64,000 bases of DNA, taken from positions 2,790,001 to 2,854,000 of the forward strand of contig NC_043011.1 in assembly GCF_006345805.1 (NCBI RefSeq), written 5' to 3'. Below are positions 13,053-25,262 of this stretch, piece by piece. The notes under the pieces are model-generated. The model did not search any database. It was not told the DNA's origin and was given only the letters and a program-made list of their open reading frames with translations. This DNA is from Octopus sinensis. Its lineage: Eukaryota. The position numbers and the translations under genes are program-made. Each line of letters opens with the position of its first letter. Within the stretch, counting starts at the first letter, position 1.

Positions 13053-13523
13053 ATAGAAATATTAAAATTACTAAGTCTCTTTAAAAGAGATTACGACAGC
13101 GTTTCTGGAAATTAATAGTTATCGCCATTGAGAAGGGGCAACAACCCTGAAACATGTCTGTAGCTGTCGGACTAGCAGGTTGAAGCGGCTGACCTCCCTG
13201 TTCGAAGGTTTAATAACGGACGCAGTTTGTGTGTCAAGTAGCTAGCTTGAGGCGATGGCTTCATGGAGCTAATCAGCGACAGCTTTATTCTAATTTTTAA
13301 GAACGCCATATTAGTATGGCGATAACTATTAATTTATATATATATATATATACATATATACGACGGGCTTCTTTCAGTTTCTGTCTACCAAATCCACTCA
13401 CAAGGCTTTGGTCGGCCCGAGGCTATAGTAGAAGATACTTGCCCAAGGTGCTACGCGGTGGGACTGAACCCGGCACCATGTGGTTGGTAAGCAAGCTACT
13501 TACCACACAGCCACTCCTGCACC
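12791..13523 (-). mobile_element. SINE family A split by an insertion (about 13053-13335) in its internal microsatellite
   Basis: Tail half 12791-13050, head half 13340-13523. Confidence 0.85.
13053..13335 (+). mobile_element. Probable Penelope-like pLTR fragment
   Basis: Degenerate hammerhead-like tTGAGAAggggcaacaacccTGAAACATGTC; 19-bp inverted repeat at 13110-13128 and 13316-13334. Confidence 0.5.
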
Positions 13524-13885
13524 TATGTACATTTTTTCTATTAAACGTATTGAATAATTTTTGTATATCGACTTGCTTAACTTGCTTATCCTTACATTTA
13601 CTCCAAATATGCATGCATGCACATAACATCTATACCTACATACTCACACAGTCACTCACAAGAAGACTATTCAAATATCCTTGTCATTTCAATAGCACAA
13701 GGCACTTATTGTTATGAGATCTACTAAATTATTTTTAAAAACTCTTTGACTGTCACAAAGCATTCACTAGAGAGAGATTTGATATTCCTTGATTGCTTTC
13801 ATGTACATCTTAGTGGCATCATAAGTAAATCATCAAGAAAATCTTTTTCACATATGGCATATATGAATTAACAAATAACTTAGAC

Positions 13886-14104
13886 CAGTTCTTTTCAACA
13901 TTTTTACTGGTACGGAACCCCAAGGAAACATTCCACTGGCTCAAGGAACCCCTGTGCAATAATTTAATTGTCTTATGCACACATATCTGCACAGGAGAAT
14001 TAAAAATTACTGCCGATTTTAGCAGTTTTGTAACTTCTTGCAGAACCCCTGGACTGTACTGGCAGAACCCTAAGGTTCTGCGGAACCCTGGTTGAAAACC
14101 ACTG
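13886..14104. mobile_element. hAT (Charlie/Buster-type) MITE, 219 bp
   Basis: TIRs cagttcttttcaac / gttgaaaaccactg; perfect 8-bp TSD acttagac (central TA) at 13878-13885 and 14105-14112. Confidence 0.9.
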
Positions 14105-14327
14105 ACTTAGACTATAAAGTGAGGCAGGAGGAGGAGGAGAAGAGGGAGGAGGATTTGTATTGACGATTGAATTAGTTAAATGCTATGATGATCATGGAAG
14201 TGATTATCAGGAGAAAAAGAAGAGAAGTTTTGAAAAGGAGAAAGAAGAGTTAATAATTTTTGCTTCTTAATGTTGAGGAGAATTCATTTTAAAAAAATTA
14301 TTATGTTTTATAATTTCGTTTGTGCAG

Positions 14328-14403
14328 CTACAATGAAACAATTGCAGTACTTTTATGGCCTCCAGTGCCTGTAACTAATGGCCACCAAAAGTTTGAGCAG
14401 TAG
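14328..14403 (+). CDS. Candidate terminal coding exon (YNETIAVLLWPPVPVTNGHQKFEQ*) with possible 3' UTR to AATAAA at 14642
   Basis: Acceptor ttttataatttcgtttgtgcAG; open frame to TAG; phase compatible with exon 218-263; product not recognised. Confidence 0.35.
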
Positions 14404-15659
14404 CTTGTAATCAAACATGACAAACAGAAAAGGCTGACCTTTAGACATGCATTTTAAGAGGAAACATTTGTTTTAGAAACACATGTAACTTTCATTGAAA
14501 AACATTGTTGATGGGAAGAATGGAAAGTTTGTCTCTGTGAAACATTTCAAAGAAATGAAATGATTTAACTGATTGATTTTCTATAAAGGAACAACTCTTC
14601 AAGATTCTGGCTTTATTTCATATTTTAAGCATAAAAAAGTCAATAAAAAGTATTTCTCTCGCTGTTAGAAAGCATATTCAATATCCATCAGTTAAATATG
14701 GCTGAATGAAATTGTTTGCAAAAGAAAAGGAAATTCTTTGACAGTAGATGCTGACTTGTCAGTTTTCCAGAGAAACAGATGGGATTTCAATTTAACACTC
14801 TTCTTTCAGTAAATAGAAGACGTATACAAATGCAGGATACATTGCCATATAATCAGAGAGTGTGTTGTTCAGATAATTCTATATTTTATCTCTCTTATAT
14901 TATATTTTCTGTACTGTTTGTAGATACAGGATATTGTCGTATAACACAGTACTTTATTTTCAAAAAACAGTTTAGATTTACGTTCATCATCTTAAAATTG
15001 TTTTTACATTATATATATTTATAAAACATCACTATACATGATTTTCTAGATAACACACACACACAACACACACGCACACAATACACACACACAATACACA
15101 CACACACACTGTCTGAAATAAAAATTCAAAATATGCTGCCAAAACTTACTTTCACTATTATTTTTTGTTAATATTTTCTATGCTTTCTGTTGATACATTA
15201 TACTGTCATTCAAAGGCATAGGTTTTGCTGTACGAAAGAATGATATTCGTATTTACTATAATAATTACACTGGAACATTTCACTATTTGCAATATGCTAC
15301 CCCGAATGTATTTAAAATGTCAAACGTGCCTAACTTGAACTTTACATCAACTACGGGTGACTGAGTTCAATTCTTTTTTCAGTTAAAATATCAATAAATG
15401 TATTTTATCAATCAATCGATTTCGAGATTGTGTATTCCACAAATTGTAAAGAATCATTAATGACTTTGTAATTGCTGTTCTATGAATAATTACTTCCTAA
15501 TGAACGAATGCAAACTGTATATATAAAACAATATATTTCGTTTCAATTTCTTATAAATTCATATAAAAATAGAATTAAACAAGCATTTATTTTCTAAGTA
15601 TTAATCTGCTTAGAAAAAGGAAGATAATATTTCATATAGACAATGGTTTCAAATTTTCG

Positions 15660-15858
15660 CACAAGGCCAGCAATTTCAGGGCAGGGGATAAATTGATTAC
15701 TTCGACAGTAGTGCTGTACTGGACCCTTTTTTATTGGCCCTGAAAGGATAAAAGATAAAGTTGGCCTCATCAGGATTTGAACACAAAATGTAAAGACGGA
15801 CAAAATGCTGCTAAGTATCTTGCCTTGTGTGCTAGTGATTCTGCCAGCTTGCTACCTT
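15660..15858 (-). mobile_element. Degenerate SINE family B
   Basis: gaaaggataaaagataaagttggcc...gattctgccagcttgctacctt is a diverged reverse complement of the family B head and core. Confidence 0.6.
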
Positions 15859-15886
15859 CATATTTTATATAGATATTGATAATTTT

Positions 15887-16038
15887 ACATTATTTACATT
15901 GTTTACATTTGACGGATATTTGTTCTCAACTTCTTGTTTGTTGTTAAAACAACGTTTCGGTTGATATACCCTCCAGCCTTCATCAGGTGTCTTGGGGAAA
16001 TTTCGAACCTGGGTTCTCATTCCTAAGGTATTTTTCAA

Positions 16039-16092
<54 letters not shown>

Positions 16093-16370
16093 CATTATTA
16101 TAATTATTATTATTATTATTATTATTCAGGTCACTATCCGGAATCGAACTCAGAATCTTGGGGCTACTAACCCCAAGATTCTGATTTCAATTTCAGGCAA
16201 TGACCTGAATAATAATAACATCGAAAAATACCTTAGGAATGAGAACCCAGTTTCAAAATCTCTCCAAGACACCTGATGAAGACTGGAGGATATATCACCC
16301 GAAGCGTTGTGTTAGCAACAAGCAAGATGAGGACAAACATCTGTCAAATGTAAACAATGTAAATAACGTA
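15887..16370. mobile_element. Foldback (inverted pair) of Penelope-like pLTR sequences with hammerhead-ribozyme cores
   Basis: Arms mirror each other around an 8-nt loop (16163-16170); CTGATGA...CGAAAC on minus 15947-15992 and CTGATGA...CGAAGC on plus 16267-16313. Confidence 0.7.
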
Positions 16371-18449
16371 CATAATTCCTCATCTCTTAGATATAGAACT
16401 GTATTGATCATTTTCATTGTACAAGGACATAATATTAGTTAATTGCAAGATTCTTTTCTCAGATGTTCTATGATATATCATCAGTAATGTTATTAAGTTT
16501 GCAATAGTGTGTGTGTGTGGGGGGGGGCTTAGAATAAATGGTTTTTAACAATTCAACATTTTCCCAAAATGCTACCTTGAGAGATCGAACCTGCAGCTGC
16601 ACATACTTGTCTAGCATTTCCTTTTTATCAATTTTGAATGTATGAAAGATAAAGTGAGGTTGCTGGACTTTGAACACAAAATATAAAGCCATATATAATG
16701 AAATACTCTACCAATTCTATAGTCCACTGTATATAATAAAATGTTAAACACAATTGAATTATTTTTATTTAAATCATATCATTTAGGAAACCAAATTCAA
16801 CAATTTAAATTTTTTAAAAGTAAAATTTTAATTTGAATACTTTGTTTTTAATATGAAAAAACATTTATGTAAATTAAGATTTAATTTTTTGTGTAATGTC
16901 CTGATTTAGTTTTTCTTTTTTTTTCTACATCCCAAATCAATACACATAATCTGTCTACTATTCCTTACCAAATTTGGTCTTGTATTATTTCCTTATTAAA
17001 ATAAGTTTCAGGAATATATATATACTGGGCATTTGCCAATTCAAGAATTTCTGATGTGAATATATCTCTTACTTTGAAGTACCACAGTTCCACATTCTAA
17101 ATTCTCTTAGACAGTAAATGTCAGAATTATGTGACTAAAGAGAAGCATAACATTTGGTTTGTTCTTAAATGAGTAGCGTTTATGGCAGCACACTGTCACT
17201 GTTCTCAGTATAATGATAGCCTAGGACTTGACCACGTTGCTCTCTGTTTATTATGAGTATTATGATATATCATTAGTATATGATGATAGCCTAAAAGGAC
17301 ATCGATTATATATATACATATATATATATATATATTACCTTCTGTTAAAAATCAATGTTAATGTTGTCAGTTAGTCTGAACTAAAGGAACACAAACCCTC
17401 ATGATGAACTGAAGTGTGTTTTTGTATGGCAACTAACAGTGAAGCAAAAAAAGAGGATAAAGAAAGAGAAGGAAGTAACAAGGACAGAAGAATAAAGGGA
17501 GCAGAAGGGAAAGTTGTTATTCAGTTATTTCCCTAACAGCTATTGAGAATATAAATATTCCTCTTAATGTTCAAAAGCAAATTCACTTATACGACTTGGG
17601 TTGGCCTGAAGTGATGACAAAAGACTCTTACCCAAAATGCTACCCAAGGTTGTGTAATTGAAAAGTGAACTTCTTAACCAGTTGGTTAAGCTGCATCCAC
17701 ATAAACTGATAACCATAACCTAAATGTGTTATCTGAAAAATAATATAACTGCCTCAGTAATCATCAAGCACAATAAATAATTTAAATCTATAACTAACTT
17801 TACTGTTGTTGTTTTCGTTTAGCTTCAGATTAAGATTGTTTAGTGAAATTTGGAGCAGATTTGGCTGCTTTGTTTAGCAGGTTCAATGACCATCCAAAGG
17901 CACCTTTGTTGGTTTGTTTAGCATTAATATTGTTTTCACAGGTAAGGAACTTTTCTGTACTTATTATGTGCATCCTCTCAAACTGATGACTAACACTTCA
18001 AGTTAATGCAATTAGATCCTAGTGTAGTACACAACCATTATACATAAACGAAGTAGTCCTCAAACATTTGGTTAACCTCTAACAGTCATCAATAAGATAC
18101 GATATGCGGAAATTGAAAAGCAAAGTAAAGAGGGCTGATTATGCCTAATGATAATGGTGTATAATCAGAAAGATATTTCCTTTATTTCCGTTAATATTAC
18201 AAATGCATGAAGAGCGAAGATGGCTAAAATTACTGCATTACAGTATTTAGCTTTGTCTTGCTTGATTTCTATGTTCAAATCCTGTTGAGACCAATTTTTC
18301 CTTTTGTCATGCTAGAATCAATAAGAATTAACATTTATGTTATTGTTGGTGCAAAAATGCATACCTCTCCTGCTCAAGAAGAGAGCTTCCCCATTGTAAT
18401 TAAACATCATGAATCATTCTTTCCATGGTTCGTCAACATTTAGCATGTG

Positions 18450-18880
18450 CTCTTTACTCTCTCTTTTACTCTTTTACTTGTTTCAGTCATTTGACTGTGG
18501 CCATGCTGGAGCACCACCTTTAGTCGAGCAAATCGACCCTGGGACTTATTCTTTGTAAGCCCAGTACTTATTCTATCGGTCTCTTTTGCCGAACTGCTAA
18601 GTGACAGGGACGTAAACACACCAGCATCGGTTGTCAAGCAATGCTAGGGGGACAAACACAGACACACAAACACACACACACCCACACACACACATATATA
18701 TATATATATACATATATACGACAGGCTTCTTTCAGTTTCCGTCTACCAAATCCACTCACAAGGCATTGGTCGGCCTGGGGCTATAGCAGAAGACACTTGC
18801 CCAAGATGCCACATAGTGGGACTGAACCCGGAACCATGTGGTTGGTAAGCAAGCTACTTACACACAGCCACTCCTGCGCC
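18450..18880 (-). mobile_element. SINE family A, full length
   Basis: Reverse complement of the 2141-2523 element. Confidence 0.9.
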
Positions 18881-19230
18881 TATATGTACGGATAGTTTTG
18901 TCTTCCAATTCTGAATTAAGGAAAATTTTATTGAGTTAAAATCATTATAATATTCAGAAATATTATTAGCAAATCAATTAGCAGAAAATTCTTTTGACTA
19001 TAAGCCTTATAAATATCACATCAATGTTGCATTGGGTGATTCTTATAAAGCAAATTGCTCAACACACAATACTGAACCAACAATAAAAGTAGAAGACTGA
19101 GAACTTTCTGCCCATGGTTCTGTTGAAACCAAACTAATATTTCCTTTTATGAAGATCCCTGGAGTTGTTAGATAATCAAATGGATGTATTAGTCAACACC
19201 CAACCAAGAGATCAACAATTCACACTTTAG

Positions 19231-19298
19231 GAGTGACTGTGACCTGTATCCTTGAACAAGTTACCAAACAATCAAAAGATCAATGCAATTACCTGGAA
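19231..19298 (+). CDS. Candidate 68-nt exon (GVTVTCILEQVTKQSKDQCNYLE)
   Basis: cacactttAG acceptor, consensus donor GAA|GTAAGT, only one of three frames open. Confidence 0.3.
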
Positions 19299-19466
19299 GT
19301 AAGTATGAAGGCACAGAACTCCTTGCTGCTGCAAACATGTTTTGTTAGTTTCAACTTCTGTGGATGTAGCCAGAAAAAAGTTGAATCTCATTGGTCTAAG
19401 CAACCGTAGCTGTTCCTCCATTTATAAATATTTCTGTTGATGAAAAGTCAGATAATTGATTCAGTT

Positions 19467-19689
19467 CTCTCTTTTTTACTCTTTACTTTTTTACTTGTTT
19501 CAGTCATTTGACTGTGGCCATGCTGGAACACTGCCTTTAGTCAAGCAAATCGCCTCCAGGACTTATTCTTAGTAAGCCTAGTACTTAATCTATCGGTCTC
19601 TTTTGCTGAACTGCTAAGTTATGGGGACGTAGACACACCAGCATCGGTCGTCAAACAATGTTGGGGGAGACAAACACAGACACACAAAC

Positions 19690-19745
<56 letters not shown>

Positions 19746-19904
19746 GACGGGCTTCTTTCAGTTTCCGTCTACCAAATCCACTCACAAGGCATTGGTCGAC
19801 CCGAGGCTATAGTAAAAGACACTTTCCCAAGATGCCACGCAGTGGGACTGAACCCGAAACCATGTGGTTGGTAAGCAAGCTACTTACCACACAGTCACTC
19901 CTGC
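19467..19904 (-). mobile_element. SINE family A, full length
   Basis: Reverse complement of the 2141-2523 element. Confidence 0.9.
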
Positions 19905-20334
19905 TGACTCAACAAAAGAAAGATTAAAGAAAGAAAGAAAGCAAATGAATAACCACGTTACACCTGACCTAATGATCAAGTGGTTCTGTGAATAGAATGT
20001 CATCGAATGCGTCGGATTTTAAAAAGCAGCATATCTCAAGATTTAATTTTTCCATTTTTTTAACCTTGAAATTGAGTTATGATAATGATTCTTGATACCT
20101 TGCTGTTGGAACATTCTAGTATTTGACTAGTAATCAAGAATTTGACTAACTACTTCAGGAGAATTATTAGTGAATTAGACATAATGTAATATTTAGTTAT
20201 TGCCCTTTATCTCACAAGGTTAATTTAGATTGTCATCTTTTCAAGGTCCAGGGTTGATAAAGTACCTGTCTGGGACTTGCTTACTTCTTACTTCTAGATG
20301 TAAATGAAATTACATTAAAAGTATTACCTTTATA

Positions 20335-21596
20335 TCAAGCTGAGTAAAAAGTAAGCAACGTTTTGAAACATGAAATTCATCACAATATATTTCAACAATG
20401 CAGAAATTTTATTCTTCAAAGTAAGTACCATTACAATCAACTCATTTTTGTCAATGAGTTACAAGTTTGTTTATTCTGGTAACATAAAAATTTGGTATTC
20501 TGGAGCTGATGAACTCTTTGAACACACTTTCAATATCAGTTTGATTTTTGAACTCCTCTTGCAAGAAACCATCAAGGTGCTTGAAAAAGTGGTGGTCGGT
20601 AGGAGAAAGGTCTAGGAAATAAGATGAGTAGGGAAGAACTTCATAGCCAAGTTCTCTCAACTTCTGGAGCGTCATTTGCGAAATGTATGGTCAAGCATTG
20701 TCATGAAGAATGATTGACCCTCTTCTGTTGACCAGTCATTTATTTTTGGCAATTTCATGGTAATATGTTCCTGCAGTAATGGTTTTTCTGGGTTTTGAGA
20801 AGTTATAATGGATGAGTCCAGCAGTACACTACCAAACAGCTACCATAACCTTCTTTTTGAAGAGCATGGGTTTAGCGAAAGTTTTTGGTGCTTCATTTTG
20901 GTCCAACCACTGTGAAGAACATTTTTATTATTGTACAGAATCCACTTTTCATTGCAAGTTACAATATAGGTGAGAAATGGATCGGTCTGGTTACAGAGAA
21001 GAAACAACAAGCGAATTTCATATCTGCACGTTTTCTGATTTTCATTCAAATCGTGTGGTACCCATTTGTCAAGCTTTTTTGATTTTCCAATCGCATACAA
21101 ATGGTTGCAGACAGTTTTCTGGCTAACTTGCAGTTCTTTTGTCAGTTCTTGAGTGGTTTTACATGGATATTTCTCAATGATGGTCTTTAATTGATCATTA
21201 TTGATGACAGATGGGCGTTCACTATGCTTACGAACTTCAAAGCCCAGATCTCCACTGCAAAATCGTTTAAACCATTTTCAAGCTGACCACTCACTGGTCA
21301 TTTCCTCACCTAACATTTTGTTGATATCGCAAGTAGTTTCAGCTGCTTTACATCCTTTTTTGAAGTTCAATAGCAAAATTACTCAAATATCACACTTTGA
21401 CAGTTCCAATTCAGATGACTGCAACAACGGTGAAAAAATATCAATGTTAATTTATTGATGCATTTGGGTAGGTCTATATCTGTATTATCAGACAAGTTTT
21501 TTAAAATGTTTATAAAAAAAAAAATTCAAAAGTCTGCAAAACTCTGGTACAAATTCTTCATGGTTCAAAATGTTGCTTACTTTTAACTCAACCTGA
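20335..21596 (-). mobile_element. Full-length (1262 bp) but decayed mariner, Hsmar1/cecropia-like
   Basis: TIRs tcaagctgagtaaaaagtaagcaac / rc tcaggttgagttaaaagtaagcaac with TA flanks; IGKSKKLDKWVPHDLNENQK and QKLRELGYEVLPYSSYFLDLSPTDHHFFKHLD. Confidence 0.9.
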
Positions 21597-22440
21597 TATC
21601 ACATTTCACTTGCAGCTTCTGGAAAAATAAAAGACAAAGCAGTCTGTGATTTTGATTTTAAGCACAAAAGGCATAATTAGATATTGCAGAATTTGTGTGG
21701 TGCTCAAGTGATTCAGCTGTCTGTTAATAACTGATATGTAAATTGTTCTTTGCATGTTAGCAATAATGATTTCTCATAATGGTGTGAAGGAATGCACCAG
21801 TGACCAACTACAGAACTCAATGGTAATGGTTGTATTTTTTTTATTTATTACATATTCTGAATTCAAATCCTCATCTCCACTATGTTTCTTCAGAACAATA
21901 CACACACACAGACACACACACACACACACACATGCACACACACACACCACACACACACACAGGCACATACACACACGCACATATACACACACACAGACAC
22001 ACACACACATGCACACACACACACAGACACACACACATGCACACACGCACACAGACACACACATGCACACACACACACACATGGGTGCATATGTATATCG
22101 AATGTTGCCAAACACAATACACTTCCTCACATTGCTGTTGTTTACAGATGATGCCAGCCTGCTGCTGGCTAGGCAGCAGCCAGGTCAACGTTTTCCCTGA
22201 ACAGAATCCCAGTCCATTGCAGTGTTACCCATTTACAACTTAATGGACTGAAACAAAGTGACATGAAGTGCCTTTTCTCAAGAACACAATGCACCACCAG
22301 TCTGTGGTTTTGATTGTGGAATCAAAACCATAATCTTGTGATTGTAAGCTTAACACACTAAACCATACACTAAACCATAACACTAAACCATACACCCTCG
22401 CACACTCACACCTGTTTATAAATGTAATATATTTATATTT

Positions 22441-22736
22441 TGTTGTTCCTTCTCTAGCAACGCCTGGCTCATAAGGGTCGGTTTCCCGGTTTCTTGGCGT
22501 ATAGATTCCCCACCTGAACAGGACGCTGGTCCGTCGCAACTGAGCTGCGAGATGCAGGAGGAAAGAGTGAGAGAAAGTTGTGGCGAAAGAGTCAGCAGAA
22601 GTTTCGCCATTACCTTCTGCCGGAGCTGCGTGGAGCTTAGGTGTTTCACTCATAAACATCACCCGGTCTGAGATTCGAACCCGCGATCTTTCGACTGTGA
22701 GTCCGCTGCTCTAACCACTAGGCCATGTGCCTCCAC
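22441..22736 (-). mobile_element. SINE family C (tRNA head plus shared central domain), tail type 1
   Basis: Head gtggaggcacatggcctagtggttagagc...gggttcgaatct; TSD atttatattt at 22431-22440 and 22737-22746. Confidence 0.85.
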
Positions 22737-24890
22737 ATTTATATTTATATCAGTTTAAACTATTCTAATTTGGAGCGGTCTCCGCAGCATTATCTTGATT
22801 GTCATTTGAAGCAATTTCCCTTTTTATATTAATGTACTCGGGAATGATATGAACATTACAACTTCCATTTTCCCATTCTCTTAAAATGTGGTACAAAATT
22901 GTGATTAACTATGAAAAACTAATAAATAAATTTTCTGTGAATAAAATAATCATTGACATAAATTTGACATAACAATTGTATTTGGATTAAATTGAAATAT
23001 AAAATTACTGAAAATAATAATTGCTGCAAAATAACATATGAATAACATTTGTTTTAATTCAGTATTGAATTTTAATAATATGGTTGTTTTATCACAATAA
23101 TTTAAAAATTTTATCATATTTTTGTTTTTTTGTGTGTTTAATTATTTACTTCCGAGAGTATTAGAAAGAGTTTTTTTCTTTCTTTTGTGTTATTTCAACA
23201 TTTGACAAATGTTGTTATCAATAGACACCGGAATGTGTAAAAAAAATAGTTTTCATCACAATTTAGAAATAATTGATGGAAATCAAGCGATTATATCTCT
23301 AATGATATTTTATTCTATTTTATTATTTTCTTTTTTAATATTATAAACACTGTATAACTCTTTCCTAGATAGATTTTCATTAATATCTTTGGACTTGACT
23401 CAATGATTATATAGTGGTATCTTTTGATGCATATGAATTGCATTAAAATTAATGTTTGCACTAATGTATGATAATGGCTATGATTGAGTCAGTTGACCTA
23501 ACCATTGATTTGCTGATGCTTTGAGATCACCGACACTCTGTGCCTTCTTTTGGTTTGGTGATCTAAAAAATCTGGAAGATCAAGTAAATATATGAAAATG
23601 TAGCTGTGATTAAAGATTACTTAGCATACCATTACTTTATTATATCTAAAAGATAATTAATTTTAATGAAATAGAGGCCATAAACTTACTTTTTCCTGGA
23701 CGTTCTTGATTTTGTTTTTATTATATGAAGAAGTACATTTGAATTTATTCCTGGTTCTATGAAACTAATAATAAAACGTCTAAGCTTCTACTGTGGATTA
23801 AATTCTTAAGATATGTTTGATGATATTTCTTTGAGCAAGTTTAATCAATTGCACATAATATAGTTCACAATAGCACCAATACAATCTATTGTACATTTTT
23901 TCTTTTCTTTCTTTTTATTCATTTACCAATCATACTATACGACAAGGATAGAAATCTATACTTTTCTTTGGTGTTCACAGAGAAGGATCAATTTATTAAA
24001 ATAGTTGCCTGTTATAGGCAAGCAGTAAAGGCCTAGAAGAATATTAAGATATTTTCAAACAGAATTTCATTCTTTGGCTTTATGCTGTTTTTATAACATT
24101 ACAGCTTAGAAATATTTTTGCTGTCTGGTGTTCATAGGTGATGGGGTTGTTTGGTTAGGTTATTGTAGTTACTTGATGAAAAATTCACTTCTATGAAACT
24201 TAAACTGATTCAATTATTGCAGGCCATTTATTGCATTTTACTTTTCTGGATATAGGCGCCAAAACACTTGGACATTTATTCGTAAATTGAAGCAGGTATT
24301 GAAGCAATATATTCTTTAAATAATGGAGGTGAACTTCTGCAATCAAAATGACAGGAAAAAAAATCTAGAATTTTCTGGTAAAATTATTTTGTGTTTTAAA
24401 ATGGTGCAGAAATAAAATATTTTAGTCTGCAGGAAAAATTGTTTTCTAATTTCTAAAATATTGCCATCAGTGATTAAAATCACTTCATAATAAAGTTTTG
24501 GGAATAAACCAGAACGTCTTTGATTAAAAGCTGGATAACAGAGAAATTATATCATTCATGCAGTTTCTTAGATTATTAGCAAACTCATTATAAGAGCAGA
24601 TCCTATTATGAAGCACAGCTGATTTATTTGTTTATTACACTACAGCAGATACCATAGTAATATAATGCTAACCATTCTTAGATTGGCCATATTCTTATGA
24701 CCATCTTCTCATTTTTTTCTAGTATAGAGCAAACACATAACAGTTTCCTTCTTGCTAGCAACAACAAAAAAAATCAGCTTTAGCAATTTATCACTCTTGA
24801 CAACAACATAACACATTGAGGGCACAAAGATATTAGGAAGTACATACAACACCTCTACAGACATCTCAGCAGATATAGAAGATGTAATAG

Positions 24891-25168
24891 TAAAAAAAAC
24901 AACATGTAACACCAACACAAATTCCCTCGATTCTTCCTCTCTGAAGATGGAATAGTTGGCTTTTACATGGAAATCTTTGCACATTCAGATATGTGGCATA
25001 TGCACAGCTACCCTAGAAACAGCTGTAAGAGACTTTGTACATTACTGTAATCACATATTTTCTCTAACAATTTCGTCTGAATTCTAAATTACATACTCCC
25101 AAATGATACCACATATTTTGTATGTTCATTCTTCCTTTCTAATATATGTGTGTGTTTATACACACATG

Positions 25169-25199
<31 letters not shown>

Positions 25200-25206
25200 T
25201 ACATGA

Positions 25207-25262
<56 letters not shown>

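Noticed and set aside
17881-17941. Candidate exon with strong donor CAG|GTAAGG
   Set aside because: Lies next to degenerate repeat sequence, and its open frame is not phase compatible with the 19231 candidate
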